DNA of 64,000 nucleotides. It comes from Gammaproteobacteria bacterium (GTDB lineage Bacteria > Pseudomonadota > Gammaproteobacteria > Eutrophobiales > Eutrophobiaceae). Shown in pieces: positions 52,040 to 61,993 of the stretch. The notes under the pieces were generated by a model. It was not told the origin of the DNA, searched no databases, and was given only the letters and a program-made list of their open reading frames with translations. Location: positions 2,848,001 to 2,912,000 of the forward strand of contig CBDCTH010000012.1 in the NCBI GenBank assembly GCA_965222155.1. The letters are read 5' to 3'. Both the position numbers and the translations under genes were made by a program. Each line of letters opens with the position of its first letter. Positions within the stretch are counted from its first letter, which is position 1.

Positions 52040-52233
52040 GCCGGAGTGGAGCGAATACGCCGAACGACAGGCAGCGTTATGAAATCAGCCGGCAGGATCT
52101 GCCCCTGCACTGTCCCCTGCCGGACATGAGTTTGTGGAATTCCCATCCGCGGGTGTACCTGCCGATAGAAGAGACGGGCATGGCGAAATGCCCATATTGC
52201 GGAACCGAGTTCACGCTGGAATCCACTGCCTGA
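52036..52233 (+). CDS. Zinc-finger (zf-CHCC) protein
   Basis: DLPLHCP...[10 protein letters not shown]...CPYCGT. Confidence 0.88.
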   Translation: MSRSGANTPNDRQRYEISRQDLPLHCPLPDMSLWNSHPRVYLPIEETGMAKCPYCGTEFTLESTA

Positions 52234-52239
52234 TACGGT

Positions 52240-53196
52240 TTGAACCACGCCTCCCGTCAAGCTGAAACCGAACCTGCCGTGGTCTGGCAGATCAGTGACG
52301 GGAAACGCGGACACCTGAGCCAGTCGTCCGGGCTGGTCGAAGCCCTGAGCCGGTGCGCGCCACTGGCGGTGTACCAGGTGGCGGCAGCGCCGTTGCTTCG
52401 ATCTGTTGTGTCCTGTATTACCTGCACAACCGGATGGGTGCGCGGCTTGCCGGCGCCGCAGTTGGTAGTCGGCGCCGGCCATGCAACCCACACAACCATG
52501 CTGGCCCTGAGCCGGGCTTACCGGGCCAGGACCGTCGTACTCATGCGCCCCAGCCTGCCGCTGAGCTGGTTTGATTACTGTCTGGTGCCGGCCCATGACG
52601 ACCCGCCCGCCCGCGCTAACGTCATCGTCACGACGGGCGCCGTCAACCCCTTACAGGCGGGACAGGACCACGATCCGGGACGCGGCCTTATCCTGGTCGG
52701 CGGGCCTTCCCGGCATTACCGTCTGGATGCGGCATTGCTGCTGTCCAGTATCAGGCAGGTGCTGACGCGCGCCTCGGACCGGCACTGGACCTTGTCGAGT
52801 TCCCCCCGAACGCCCGCGCAACTGACCCGTGAACTGATCAGGCTGGAAGCCGATGGGGTCGACGTGGTCCTGTGGGATCGTTGTGAACGGGACTGGCTGG
52901 CGGATATGCTGACGCGTAGCCGTGACGTCTGGATAAGCGAAGACAGCATCTCCATGATCTACGAGGCGCTGACTGCCGGTTGCCGGGTGGGGCTGTTGCC
53001 GGTACCGAGGAAATCCGCAAGACGACTGCACCGGGCAATCGATCAACTGTTGCATGGACACTTCGTGTGCGCGTACCGCGACTGGCTTGACGGCGCTATG
53101 CTGGCCGCTCCGCCCCGACCGCTGGATGAAGCCAACCGTTGCGCCCGGCTGTTATTGGACAAGGGACTGTTATCCGGAACTAGCGCGTGCCCTTGA
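52240..53196 (+). CDS. ELM1/GtrOC1-family putative glycosyltransferase
   Basis: SDGKRGH.SQS.GL, VPAHD, LVGGPS.H, SSPRTP, WISEDSISMIYEALT.G. Confidence 0.82.
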   Translation: MNHASRQAETEPAVVWQISDGKRGHLSQSSGLVEALSRCAPLAVYQVAAAPLLRSVVSCITCTTGWVRGLPAPQLVVGAGHATHTTMLALSRAYRARTVVLMRPSLPLSWFDYCLVPAHDDPPARANVIVTTGAVNPLQAGQDHDPGRGLILVGGPSRHYRLDAALLLSSIRQVLTRASDRHWTLSSSPRTPAQLTRELIRLEADGVDVVLWDRCERDWLADMLTRSRDVWISEDSISMIYEALTAGCRVGLLPVPRKSARRLHRAIDQLLHGHFVCAYRDWLDGAMLAAPPRPLDEANRCARLLLDKGLLSGTSACP

Positions 53197-54308
53197 CCGT
53201 GCTGCAAACCTTGCCGGCGCTGGACACAGGCGGGGTCGAACGCGGGACTGTCGAGGTGGCTGCTGAACTGGCGCGCCGCGGTCATCGCTCGCTGGTCATC
53301 TCCGGCGGCGGTGCGCTGATGGCTGAGCTTAGCGGCAACGGCTCCCGCCACTATGCCTGGCCGATCGGTAAAAAATCGCCCTTCACCTTGCTGCTAGCGG
53401 GCAGATTGCGGCGCTTCCTGCAGGAGGAAAAGGTGGATATCCTGCATGCCCGCTCGCGCATGCCGGCCTGGGTCGCTTACCTGGCCTGGAAAACCATGCC
53501 GGCACAGGACCGGCCCGTATTCATCACCACGGTACACGGTCCTTACCGCGCCGGGCGCTACAGCGCGGTCATGACCCGGGGCCAGCGGGTGATTGCCGTC
53601 TCCAGGTTTATTTATGATTACATCCTGGCAAATTACCCCGGGGTGGACCCGGGCAGGGTTTCGGTCATCCACCGGGGGGTAGATCCCCGGCGATTCCCCT
53701 GCGGATACACACCCGTCCCTGATTGGCTGGAGCGCTGGCGGTCGGAGCGGCCGCAGTTGCAGGGCAAGGCGCTGATTACCCTGCCGGGACGGATTACCCG
53801 CTGGAAGGGGCATACGGACTTCATCGACATTATGAGTGTCCTGAAACAAACCGGGTTGAACGTACATGGCCTGATCGCCGGCGGCGCGGACCCGCGCCGC
53901 CGGGGGTTCCTGAGGGAATTACGCCGCCGGGCGGTTGGGCTCGGCCTGGAAGACGACCTTACTTTCCTGGGCAACCGCGACGACCTGCGCGAGGTACTGT
54001 GCGTATCCGACATCGTCCTGTCCCTGGCAAACGTCCCTGAAGCCTTTGGCCGGACCGCGCTGGAGGCCTTGTCGCTGGGCCGCCCGGTGGTGTCTTATGA
54101 CCACGGGGGCGCCAGGGAGGTGCTGCAGGAACTGCAACCTGACGGGCTGGTGGAACCGGGGAATATTACGGCTACGGTCAGGAAAATTCAGGACTTTCTC
54201 AACGCCCGGCCGCACATCGCCCCCAACCGGACCTTTACCCTGGAGCAGATGCTGGACAAGACTTTGGCCCTGTATGAGCAGGCCGGCGCCGCCGGGGGGG
54301 GGCGATGA
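53187..54308 (+). CDS. Glycosyltransferase family 4
   Basis: LPALDTGGVERG, HARSRMPAW, PGRITRWKG, PEAFGR..LEA...G.PV...HGG. Confidence 0.9.
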   Translation: MPLTVLQTLPALDTGGVERGTVEVAAELARRGHRSLVISGGGALMAELSGNGSRHYAWPIGKKSPFTLLLAGRLRRFLQEEKVDILHARSRMPAWVAYLAWKTMPAQDRPVFITTVHGPYRAGRYSAVMTRGQRVIAVSRFIYDYILANYPGVDPGRVSVIHRGVDPRRFPCGYTPVPDWLERWRSERPQLQGKALITLPGRITRWKGHTDFIDIMSVLKQTGLNVHGLIAGGADPRRRGFLRELRRRAVGLGLEDDLTFLGNRDDLREVLCVSDIVLSLANVPEAFGRTALEALSLGRPVVSYDHGGAREVLQELQPDGLVEPGNITATVRKIQDFLNARPHIAPNRTFTLEQMLDKTLALYEQAGAAGGGR

Positions 54309-54988
54309 AAAATCCTTTGAGCAATTTCAGGGAACGCCTGTACCAGCGTTTCATGCATAAATTTTATGCCCGTGATCTGTTGTTCGACCTGCAACTTCAA
54401 GCCAAGCAGGAAACGCTCGAATACATAAACTCAAACATGCGCCACTGTCTGATCGGCCGCAACAGGAAAGCGTTGTTCGAATACGCCCTGCGTCATGCCG
54501 ATCTCCCTGGGCTGAATGCCGAGTTCGGCGTGGCTCAAGGCGACAGTATCAGGCTGTTGAGCAGGCTGATCGCTGCTACCGTGTACGGTTTCGACAGCTT
54601 CCTCGGCCTGCCGGAGGACTGGGCCGGCACCAGCGAAAAACGGGGCGCATTCGCTGGTCGCCCCCGGCGCCTGCCGGCAAACGTCAAAATCTTTGACGGC
54701 CTGTTTGCCGAGAGCCTGCCCGTGTTTCTTAAAGACCATGACCAGCCTGTGCGTTTCATGCACGTGGACTGTGACCTGTATTCCTCCACCCGCACCGTAT
54801 TCGATTTGTTAACGCCGCGTATTGAGACCGGAACGGTGATCGTCTTCGATGAGTATTTCAATTACCCGAACTGGCGGGAACACGAGTACAGGGCGTTCCA
54901 GGAGTTCATCAGGGAACAGGGGCGCAGCTACCGGTACCTGGCCTTTTGCGCCAGAGGCGGGACGGTTGCCGTAAAGATTACAGCCTGA
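54305..54988 (+). CDS. Class I SAM-dependent methyltransferase (TylF/MycF-like)
   Basis: EFGVAQG.S, GFDSF.GLPEDW, HVDCDLYSST, VFDEYFNYP.W...E..AF.E. Confidence 0.85.
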   Translation: MKNPLSNFRERLYQRFMHKFYARDLLFDLQLQAKQETLEYINSNMRHCLIGRNRKALFEYALRHADLPGLNAEFGVAQGDSIRLLSRLIAATVYGFDSFLGLPEDWAGTSEKRGAFAGRPRRLPANVKIFDGLFAESLPVFLKDHDQPVRFMHVDCDLYSSTRTVFDLLTPRIETGTVIVFDEYFNYPNWREHEYRAFQEFIREQGRSYRYLAFCARGGTVAVKITA

Positions 54989-55014
54989 ACAGGCCGGCAT
55001 AGCCCTGAACCGGG

Positions 55015-55971
55015 ATGCGCAAGGACATACTGATTATCAAGCTCGGGGCGCTGGGTGACGTGGTCATGGCGACCGGCCTGATCGAACGAATTTTACAGCA
55101 CCACGCGCCGCGCCGCGTTACTCTCCTGACCAGTCCCGCCTATGACGGATTATTTTCGGCCCGGCCTGATCTGGAGCTGAAGACCTTTGACCGCAGCAAC
55201 CTGCGCGCCACCCTGGCAACTGTGCTGTGGATGCGCAACAGGCGCTTCCTGCGGGTCTACGATTTGCAGTCAAACGACCGCACCGGCGTGATGTGCGGCC
55301 TGTCGGGCATTCCGCAAAGGGCCGGAAACCATCCGCGTTATCCCTACAACATACGCCCGCATAGCCACTACGCGGGCCAGTGCCATATCCATACCAGGAT
55401 GCTGGAAATACTCGACGCCGCGGGCATTGTTTCAGACGCTGGCGCGCCGCGCCTTTATCCCTCCGAGGCGGACCGGGAAATGGTGTACGCATGGTTGCGG
55501 CAGCGGGATTTTTCGGACCGGAAATTCGTTATTATGCACGCGGGCGCCAGCGCCATGCGCCCGGAAAAGCGCTGGCCTTACTTCGCCGAACTGGCCCTGT
55601 CACTGGCGCGCCGCGAGCGCCTGACACTATGGATCGGCGGCGCAGACGACCGGCAAACAAACGCTGAACTGGCCCGCACCAGCGGCGTGGACGCGACCGC
55701 TGAGTTCTCACTTTTGCAACTGCTGGCCCTGACGTCCCATGCCGAGTTTGCCGTCACCAACGATTCCGGCCCCATGCACCTGCTGGCTTGCGGTTCCATC
55801 CCCGTCTACGGCCTGTTCGGCCCGAGCAACTGGCGCCGCAACCATGCGGTCGGCCAACGCGATCGTGTCCTGTCGTTGAACCGGGGTGAACCCGTGTACA
55901 GGGCAACCCAGCTGGAGGAACTGACAGCGGGCTATGTCCTGCAACAGTTGGAACAGGACGGCGTCTTGTGA
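55015..55971 (+). CDS. Glycosyltransferase family 9
   Basis: IKLGALGDVV, VYDLQ, HAGAS...KRWP, VTNDSGPMH, LFGP. Confidence 0.88.
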   Translation: MRKDILIIKLGALGDVVMATGLIERILQHHAPRRVTLLTSPAYDGLFSARPDLELKTFDRSNLRATLATVLWMRNRRFLRVYDLQSNDRTGVMCGLSGIPQRAGNHPRYPYNIRPHSHYAGQCHIHTRMLEILDAAGIVSDAGAPRLYPSEADREMVYAWLRQRDFSDRKFVIMHAGASAMRPEKRWPYFAELALSLARRERLTLWIGGADDRQTNAELARTSGVDATAEFSLLQLLALTSHAEFAVTNDSGPMHLLACGSIPVYGLFGPSNWRRNHAVGQRDRVLSLNRGEPVYRATQLEELTAGYVLQQLEQDGVL

Positions 55972-56017
55972 AAGGCTCCATTGATATGTGTTAGCATCCT
56001 GCTTATGAGAGGCATTC

Positions 56018-56767
56018 ATGGCAAATAGATTTCTGCCGATCGGCCTGGCCGCGGCGGCGCGGCTGATTGTGGCGCTGGACTTCAATAGCGCCACAGAAGC
56101 CAACCGGTTGATCGGGCAACTCGGCAGCGCGGTCAATTTCTATAAAGTAGGCTGGCAACTGTTCCTGGGGGAAGGCTGGGCATTCGTCAGAACCCTGCTG
56201 GAGCAAGGCAACAAGGTCTTTCTTGACCTGAAAATCAACGATATAGACCAGACCGTCCAGGCCGCGCTGGCCAATATGCCGAACGAGTTTGCCGGCGGAC
56301 TGGAACTGTTGACCATCAACGGCGCCAGCGCCACGGTCAATGCGGCAAAAAAGGGACGCGGCGCCAACGATAAGCCTTACCTGCTGATGCTTACCGTATT
56401 GTCCAGTATGGACGCCAGTGACCTGAAGGAGCTTTCCCCTGACGGCGCAACAATAGATACGGAGACCGTCGTCAAACGCAGGGCACAACAGGCCCTGGAT
56501 GCCGGCTGTGAAGGCTTGATCGCTTCCGGTTCGTCCGTGCGCGCCCTGCGGGACCATTTCCGTGACCGGGAATTCCTCATCGTGACCCCGGGGATCCGGC
56601 CTTCCGACACCGGTTACGATGATCACAAACGCACCCTGACCCCTTATCAGGCAATAACCAGCGGCGCCGACTACCTGGTTGTAGGCCGTCCAATCACCAG
56701 GGCATCCGATCCCCTGCAAGCCGCGCAATCCATCATCTCCGATATACAAGCCGGGCTTAATCAATAA
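56018..56767 (+). CDS. pyrF: Orotidine-5'-phosphate decarboxylase
   Basis: LIVALD, YKVG, FLDLK.NDI, LTVLSS, VTPGIRP, GADYLVVGRPI. Confidence 0.88.
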   Translation: MANRFLPIGLAAAARLIVALDFNSATEANRLIGQLGSAVNFYKVGWQLFLGEGWAFVRTLLEQGNKVFLDLKINDIDQTVQAALANMPNEFAGGLELLTINGASATVNAAKKGRGANDKPYLLMLTVLSSMDASDLKELSPDGATIDTETVVKRRAQQALDAGCEGLIASGSSVRALRDHFRDREFLIVTPGIRPSDTGYDDHKRTLTPYQAITSGADYLVVGRPITRASDPLQAAQSIISDIQAGLNQ

Positions 56768-56817
56768 AGCAGGGTCTCTCAATGCTGGCAGACATCCATG
56801 GCATGACCTCAGGTCGT

Positions 56818-56893
56818 CCCTGCTTACGACATGCAGGAAGGCAAACCGGGCCTGAGCCCCGGTTCGTCATTCCGGGCTTGACCCGGAATCCAG
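56818..56893. repeat. Degenerate small hairpin element plus a REP-like palindrome
   Basis: CCCTGCTTACGACATGCAGG resembles the unit at 444-470. GTCATTCCGGGCTTGACCCGGAATCCAG (56866-56893) resembles 61801-61827. Confidence 0.65.
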
Positions 56894-56958
56894 TCGATAA
56901 TAAGTACTGTGGTAAAATGGCGCCCTTTACCTTAACCCGAGTTGATGAGGAATAGAAC

Positions 56959-57357
56959 ATGGTTGCTGAAGTCACCCCCAAACAGGCCTGGAAAATGCTT
57001 CAGGATAACCCGGATACTATCCTGCTGGACGTGCGCGACAAGGTTGAGTTCGATTATGTGGGCCACCCTGTTGGCGCTGTTAACATCCCCATTCAGGAAG
57101 CGCCGGACTGGCAAACCGACCCGGCCTTTGCAGAAAAGGTTATCGAACAACTTGGGGAGACAAGCAAGGATGTCACAGTCCTGACCCTGTGTCGCAGCGG
57201 CAAACGCTCCATGCTCGCAGCGACGTTACTGGAGGAACAGGGCTATAAAGACACGGTGAACATAGCCCAGGGCTTTGAGGGCGACCTGGATGAGAATCGA
57301 CGCCGGGGCAATCTGAACGGCTGGCGCTATCACAAGCTTCCGTGGGAACAGACCTGA
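56959..57357 (+). CDS. Rhodanese-like domain protein
   Basis: LLDVR...E..YVGHP, LCRSGKRS, GFEGD, GWRY..LPWEQ. Confidence 0.9.
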   Translation: MVAEVTPKQAWKMLQDNPDTILLDVRDKVEFDYVGHPVGAVNIPIQEAPDWQTDPAFAEKVIEQLGETSKDVTVLTLCRSGKRSMLAATLLEEQGYKDTVNIAQGFEGDLDENRRRGNLNGWRYHKLPWEQT

Positions 57358-57469
57358 AGGGAATGTCCATCCTGAACAGTACAGGGAAGAAAATGGGAAC
57401 AGATTTGAAATCCGCTCCGTTTTTGTAAGTACAGTAGAAATTAACAACGAGTACACATTAGGTAACTTC

Positions 57470-58080
57470 TTATTCTTCTATCCCTAATATAACGAGGGGC
57501 ACTGCCGGAACGCCACGCCCCTGCCTGATAACATTGTATAACTCCCCTTCGTAGTAAGATACCCCGGAACTCATTTGGGATTGCAGTTGTTTCATCGGCA
57601 ATATCTCGATGCCGACGTCAATTTTGTCGCCCATAAAAAAGCAAGGTGTTTGACAAACAAGTCGTAAGCCACAAAGGAGTATTTCCCAAACTGGACTTCT
57701 ATCGCTACCCTGTCTTTAACAAAATCGGTCTGATTGTAGCTGAATATCGGGGATGAACCTGCTTGTTCAATCTCTTCCTTTTGCTGTTCCGGGGACATGG
57801 CAAGTGTCTTGCGAATCAATTTCTCATCTTTCGTCACCCAGTAACTGACCCTGCTTTCCATCCATGCTTTTTCTTCAAGAAGTTGTTTAAACGACTTGTT
57901 CATTTCGACCGGGCTGTACAGTAAACGGCCCTTCATGGTTTTTTCTTTTGAAACTTTCGTCTTGCAGGCGTTTCCGTCTACCTCATGTATGACATCCTGT
58001 ATCTCCTGCCATAGCTGGGATTTGTGGACAAGCAGATATTCGAGGCCGTTCAGGTGAGAATAGGTTTCAACTATTCTCAT
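57470..58080 (-). pseudogene. BglII/BstYI-family type II restriction endonuclease, frameshifted at a homopolymer (may be a sequencing error)
   Basis: YSHLNGLEYL, NQTDFVKDRVAIEVQFGKY.FV.YDLFVKH. Adding one base at 57635-57640 continues as FMGDKIDVGIEILPMK.LQ..MSSG...YEGE to TAA at 57470. Confidence 0.8.
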
Positions 58081-59028
58081 AATGATATACACCCGGATTT
58101 TCCAGCAATCTTGGTTGCTCGGTTTTTTCTTCGTTATTGCCCCATGGCGGCACAGTTAATTTATTGTTGCTGGTAGAGGGATCATATTTGAGTTTATTCA
58201 TTGGTCTTGTCCGTAATGTCCCGTTGATTTCCTGTTGTATTCTGTCCTGAGCAATATCGATATATTTCTCTTCAGTCTCTGCGCCTGCCCCCCGTCTCTT
58301 GTGACGAAGCGCGGCAATGACCGAGGTGCCGGTTCCGAGGAAGGGGTCAAACACCCAGTCTCCCTCGTTTGTCATTGATAGAACGAGGCGTTCAATCAAT
58401 CCTACCGGAAACTGGCACGGATGTTCTGTTTTCTCTATATGATTATTCTTTACGTTGGGTATATCCCAGATATCCCCCGGATTTTTACCGAGAGGGTTGC
58501 AGGAGTATTGTCCAACCTTCGGACCTTTAAAATATTTTTTACCTGGATATTTCTGGGGTATCCGCACCGGGTCGAGGTTGAAGATGAACTTTTTGGTTTT
58601 TCTCGTAAACCAGTTAATGGTCTCGTAGCGACCGGAAAATCGCCTGGTGCAGTGTAGCCCGTGTTCAAAACACCAGATGATTCTATTCCTCATCATCAAA
58701 TTCAGGTCAGTAAAAATCGGATAGAGGATTGTATCGAGGGGAATAATTGAACCGTTATCGACATAATTACCGACCTGCCAGCAGATACTCCCCGTATCAG
58801 AAAGGACACGCACACAGTCTTTGATCACTTCAGCCTGTTGGTTGATATACGTATCGATATTTATTTTTTTTCGTATTCCTTGCCGATGTTGTAAGGAGGT
58901 GAAGTAATTATCAGTTGTATGCTTCGGTCCGGTATCTCTTTCAGCAGGTCGAGGCAATTCCCATGAAAAAGTACCGTGTGTTCATCCGCACTGAATTGTT
59001 CAGCAATCTTTATGCTTGAATCGAACAT
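58067..59028 (-). pseudogene. N4/N6 DNA methyltransferase (beta class) partner of the endonuclease, frameshifted at a homopolymer (may be a sequencing error)
   Basis: ATG at 59028 gives ...GNCLDLL...ITSPPYNIGKEYEK. Adding one base at 58864-58871 joins it to the frame with HPCQFP and DPFLGTGT. Confidence 0.82.
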
Positions 59029-59167
59029 TATCTATTCTCCTTGACATGATTTTCCGATGAATGGGTACGTCCCGGCCTGAGGAATAAATCATCCGGAACC
59101 CATAGCATTATAATACCTCCTACCCTGGCTTGCTTACAATGGCAAAGCACTAAATAACCGTCGACTC

Positions 59168-60373
59168 TTATCCATAAATCCGTCGGCTTTCAAAGACCAT
59201 CGACCCGAATCTTTTACCGCCGCTTCGTAACAGTCGTTTGAGCATGAAATCGAACAATATGGCGTTATGTTTGCGCACCTCTTTCAATACCTGCGCCTCA
59301 GCTTCGCCCAGGAATCCGTGGACGCGCAGCCTTCCCAGCGAAATCAGCGGTATGACGCCCGGCAGGGGATAGTCCGAACCATTAACCAGACGCTGGTGCC
59401 AGGCATCGGTTTCGAGCAGCGTTTTCAGGACAGATCCGCTCCTGTTGCGCTGGATAACGGCCGAGATCTCACCGAACAGGCTCCCTTCATAGCGCGTTTC
59501 GTTCATTAAGCGCGCAAACAGGCTGAAATTGCTGCGCAAAGGTCCTTCTGCGCCTTTGTCCAGATCGCGGCCTTGCCCCAGTGACGCGCAATGCGCCACG
59601 ATGACCCTTACCCCGTGTTCCAGGGGCCGGCGTAACAGCAGCGGGTTGCCGAATTCCTGCCGCCCGCTGCCGTGTACGGCTTTTTCCTCGCCGGCGTGAA
59701 CCAGCAGGGGCAGGCCGGTGCGGACCAGGGCGGCATAGAAATCATCGCAACGTGCGGCCCCCGGGTTTATACCCATGGCCGACGGCAGCCATTTAATGGC
59801 CCGGGCGCCGGATTTGTGCGCCTGGTCCAATGCCTCAATTGCATCAGTGCGATAGGGATGTACGGAAGCTATCCATTCGAATTCCCGCGGGTATTCCCGG
59901 TGCAGCCGGGCAGCCCACTCATTAGGAGTATGGAACGCGCTCAGGTCGAGACGCCGACTTCCGGATTCGTCATAAGTATAATCAAACGCCAGCAACATGA
60001 ACCGGCTTCCTGCCGGAAATTCCTGTTTAAGGGCAAGTAGACGCTCGATGAAACTCTGATCCGTACGCGCTTTTTCTGCACAGGAGGCATTCAGGTAAAA
60101 GCGTAGTTGCGTAAATTGCCGCGGATGACGCAGACTTTGTAGGTGCGGGCTGACCCACGCCCCGGACCGGCTGTCACCCAGACCCAGCAGGTGAACGTGA
60201 CCGTCCCAGATATGATCGGGCCGCAGGCCGGCAAAGGCCTGTCGCACCAGGTCATGGTTTGCCAGGCTCTCAGGCAATCGTGCGGGCAGACAGGGATTTA
60301 TCAGAACCGGGCCGGCCCCGCAGCCGGCCCCGCCCAGTCCGGCCAGCAGGGTGAGAAAATGTCGCCGGTCCAC
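59168..60373 (-). CDS. Amidohydrolase-family protein with a Tat/lipoprotein-like signal
   Basis: MDRRHFL...GAGC; D.HVH, SVHPYR, KWLP, HAGEE, AHCAS, NGSDYP. Confidence 0.85.
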   Translation of the reverse strand: MDRRHFLTLLAGLGGAGCGAGPVLINPCLPARLPESLANHDLVRQAFAGLRPDHIWDGHVHLLGLGDSRSGAWVSPHLQSLRHPRQFTQLRFYLNASCAEKARTDQSFIERLLALKQEFPAGSRFMLLAFDYTYDESGSRRLDLSAFHTPNEWAARLHREYPREFEWIASVHPYRTDAIEALDQAHKSGARAIKWLPSAMGINPGAARCDDFYAALVRTGLPLLVHAGEEKAVHGSGRQEFGNPLLLRRPLEHGVRVIVAHCASLGQGRDLDKGAEGPLRSNFSLFARLMNETRYEGSLFGEISAVIQRNRSGSVLKTLLETDAWHQRLVNGSDYPLPGVIPLISLGRLRVHGFLGEAEAQVLKEVRKHNAILFDFMLKRLLRSGGKRFGSMVFESRRIYG

Positions 60374-60385
60374 GCGCGGACGCGC

Positions 60386-61162
60386 CTACCCGGGGTCAGC
60401 CGCGTTGTCTTCCGTTGCTTCCCCGCGTTGCTTGACGAACCGGCCCAGGATCAGGCCCAGTTCAAACAACAGCCACACAGGTACGGCAAGCAAGACCTGA
60501 GATATGATATCCGGCGGTGTCAATAACATGCCGACCGTGAAGGCTCCGACGATAATATAGGGCCGTTTTTTTGCCAGCGAATCCACTGAGGCGATACCCG
60601 TCCATACCAACAGGATAATGGCAATGGGCACCTCAAAGGCTAAGCCAAAGGCAAAAAACATCTTGAGGATAAAATTCAGGTAATGGCCGATATCGGTCAT
60701 CACGGTCACGCCGGCCGGCGCAGACGACGTCAGGAACGCGAACAACAGAGGGAACACGATAAAGAAGGCGAATGCATTACCCAGGTAGAACAAAATCACG
60801 CTGCTTGATATCAGCGGCAGGACCAAGCGCCGCTCATTTTGATACAGTCCAGGCGCGACAAACGCCCAGGCCTGATACAACAGGTAAGGCACGGACACGA
60901 ACACGGCAGCAAAGAAGGTGAGTTTGAACGGCACCAGGAAAGGCGCCGCCACTTCGGTGGCGATCATGCTGCTCTCTTCAGGCAATTGCGCCAGCAGCGG
61001 GCCGGCTATCATTGCGTAGATGTCATTGGCGAATACGCTGAGGCCGAGGAAGACGACAAATACGCAGATCAGGCTGCGCAGCAGCCTGTTGCGCAGTTCA
61101 GCAAGGTGGGCGATAAGAGGCTGTTCCGTATCGTTATCAGTACGAGGGGAACTGTCTGTCAT
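60386..61162 (-). CDS. tatC: Tat translocase subunit TatC
   Basis: HLAELRNRL, YQAWAFVAPGLY..E, FGLAFEVP, LLTPPD. Confidence 0.97.
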   Translation of the reverse strand: MTDSSPRTDNDTEQPLIAHLAELRNRLLRSLICVFVVFLGLSVFANDIYAMIAGPLLAQLPEESSMIATEVAAPFLVPFKLTFFAAVFVSVPYLLYQAWAFVAPGLYQNERRLVLPLISSSVILFYLGNAFAFFIVFPLLFAFLTSSAPAGVTVMTDIGHYLNFILKMFFAFGLAFEVPIAIILLVWTGIASVDSLAKKRPYIIVGAFTVGMLLTPPDIISQVLLAVPVWLLFELGLILGRFVKQRGEATEDNAADPG

Positions 61163-61175
61163 GAGTCAGCAGGCT

Positions 61176-61442
61176 TCAGTTATCGGTTGACTTGATATCG
61201 CCGTGTTTATCCGGTGCAACATCCATCAACTTGTCCATTTGCTCCACTTGTTCGGAAAAATCCTTTACTTCATCAATTCGCAACTGCTGTTCAAACTCAT
61301 ACTTGGCTTGCATCACATAGCGGCGCAGTTTCGCTGTCCATCTGCCGACGTCGCGCACCAGGCCCGGCAGTTTCTCGGGGCCGGCTACCAGCAGTGAGAC
61401 GATGGCAATGACCAGCAACTCCCAGAAACCGATATCAAACAT
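61176..61442 (-). CDS. tatB: Tat translocase subunit TatB
   Basis: MFDIGFWELLVI....L.V.GPEKLP. Confidence 0.95.
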   Translation of the reverse strand: MFDIGFWELLVIAIVSLLVAGPEKLPGLVRDVGRWTAKLRRYVMQAKYEFEQQLRIDEVKDFSEQVEQMDKLMDVAPDKHGDIKSTDN

Positions 61443-61462
61443 GAGACATCAGACCGGCGCGA

Positions 61463-61687
61463 TCAGGATTCGGCCGGTTTCTCTTTCTGGCCGCTTTCCA
61501 CCTCGCCTTCAATGACCTGGCCGTTCGCGGGCTGTTTCCCGGCGTCAGACTCGTCGTCTTTTATTGCATTACGGAACCCTTTGATCGCATTGCCGATATC
61601 GCCGCCTATGCTGCCCAACTTTTTGGTTCCAAACAACAGGGCGACGATCACCATTATGATTCCCAGTTCCCAGATACCAAAACTCAT
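61463..61687 (-). CDS. tatA: Tat translocase subunit TatA
   Basis: [27 protein letters not shown]. Confidence 0.95.
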   Translation of the reverse strand: MSFGIWELGIIMVIVALLFGTKKLGSIGGDIGNAIKGFRNAIKDDESDAGKQPANGQVIEGEVESGQKEKPAES

Positions 61688-61727
61688 AATTCATCTCCAG
61701 CAGAATAAATTGCACAGTAGATTATGC

Positions 61728-61754
61728 CACAGAGAACACAGAGAACACAGAGAA
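61728..61754. repeat. Tandem 9-mer (CACAGAGAA)x3
   Basis: Three perfect copies read directly. Confidence 0.85.
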
Positions 61755-61766
61755 AATGACGGATAG

Positions 61767-61919
61767 CCAGGCTATTCCAAAATCGGCAGACGCCTCGTCC
61801 GTCATTCCGGCGAATACCGGAATCCAGTAAACAAAGTCTAGTTTCACATCCCTGTGTCCAGATACCGGACAATCCTTGTCCGGTATGACGACATAGCGGC
61901 GGCTTTGGAATGACCCTGG
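61767..61919. repeat. Composite REP/MITE-like element
   Basis: Imperfect terminal inverted repeats CCAGGCTATTCCAAA / TTTGGAATGACCCTGG enclose two facing GTCAT-headed hairpins (61801-61827, 61861-61889). Confidence 0.65.
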
Positions 61920-61993
61920 ACGAATAGCAATAATGCTTGATAATATTCAAGGACAGTGTAAGCCTCTTTGCGATTATAAGCTGAACCCGAGTA

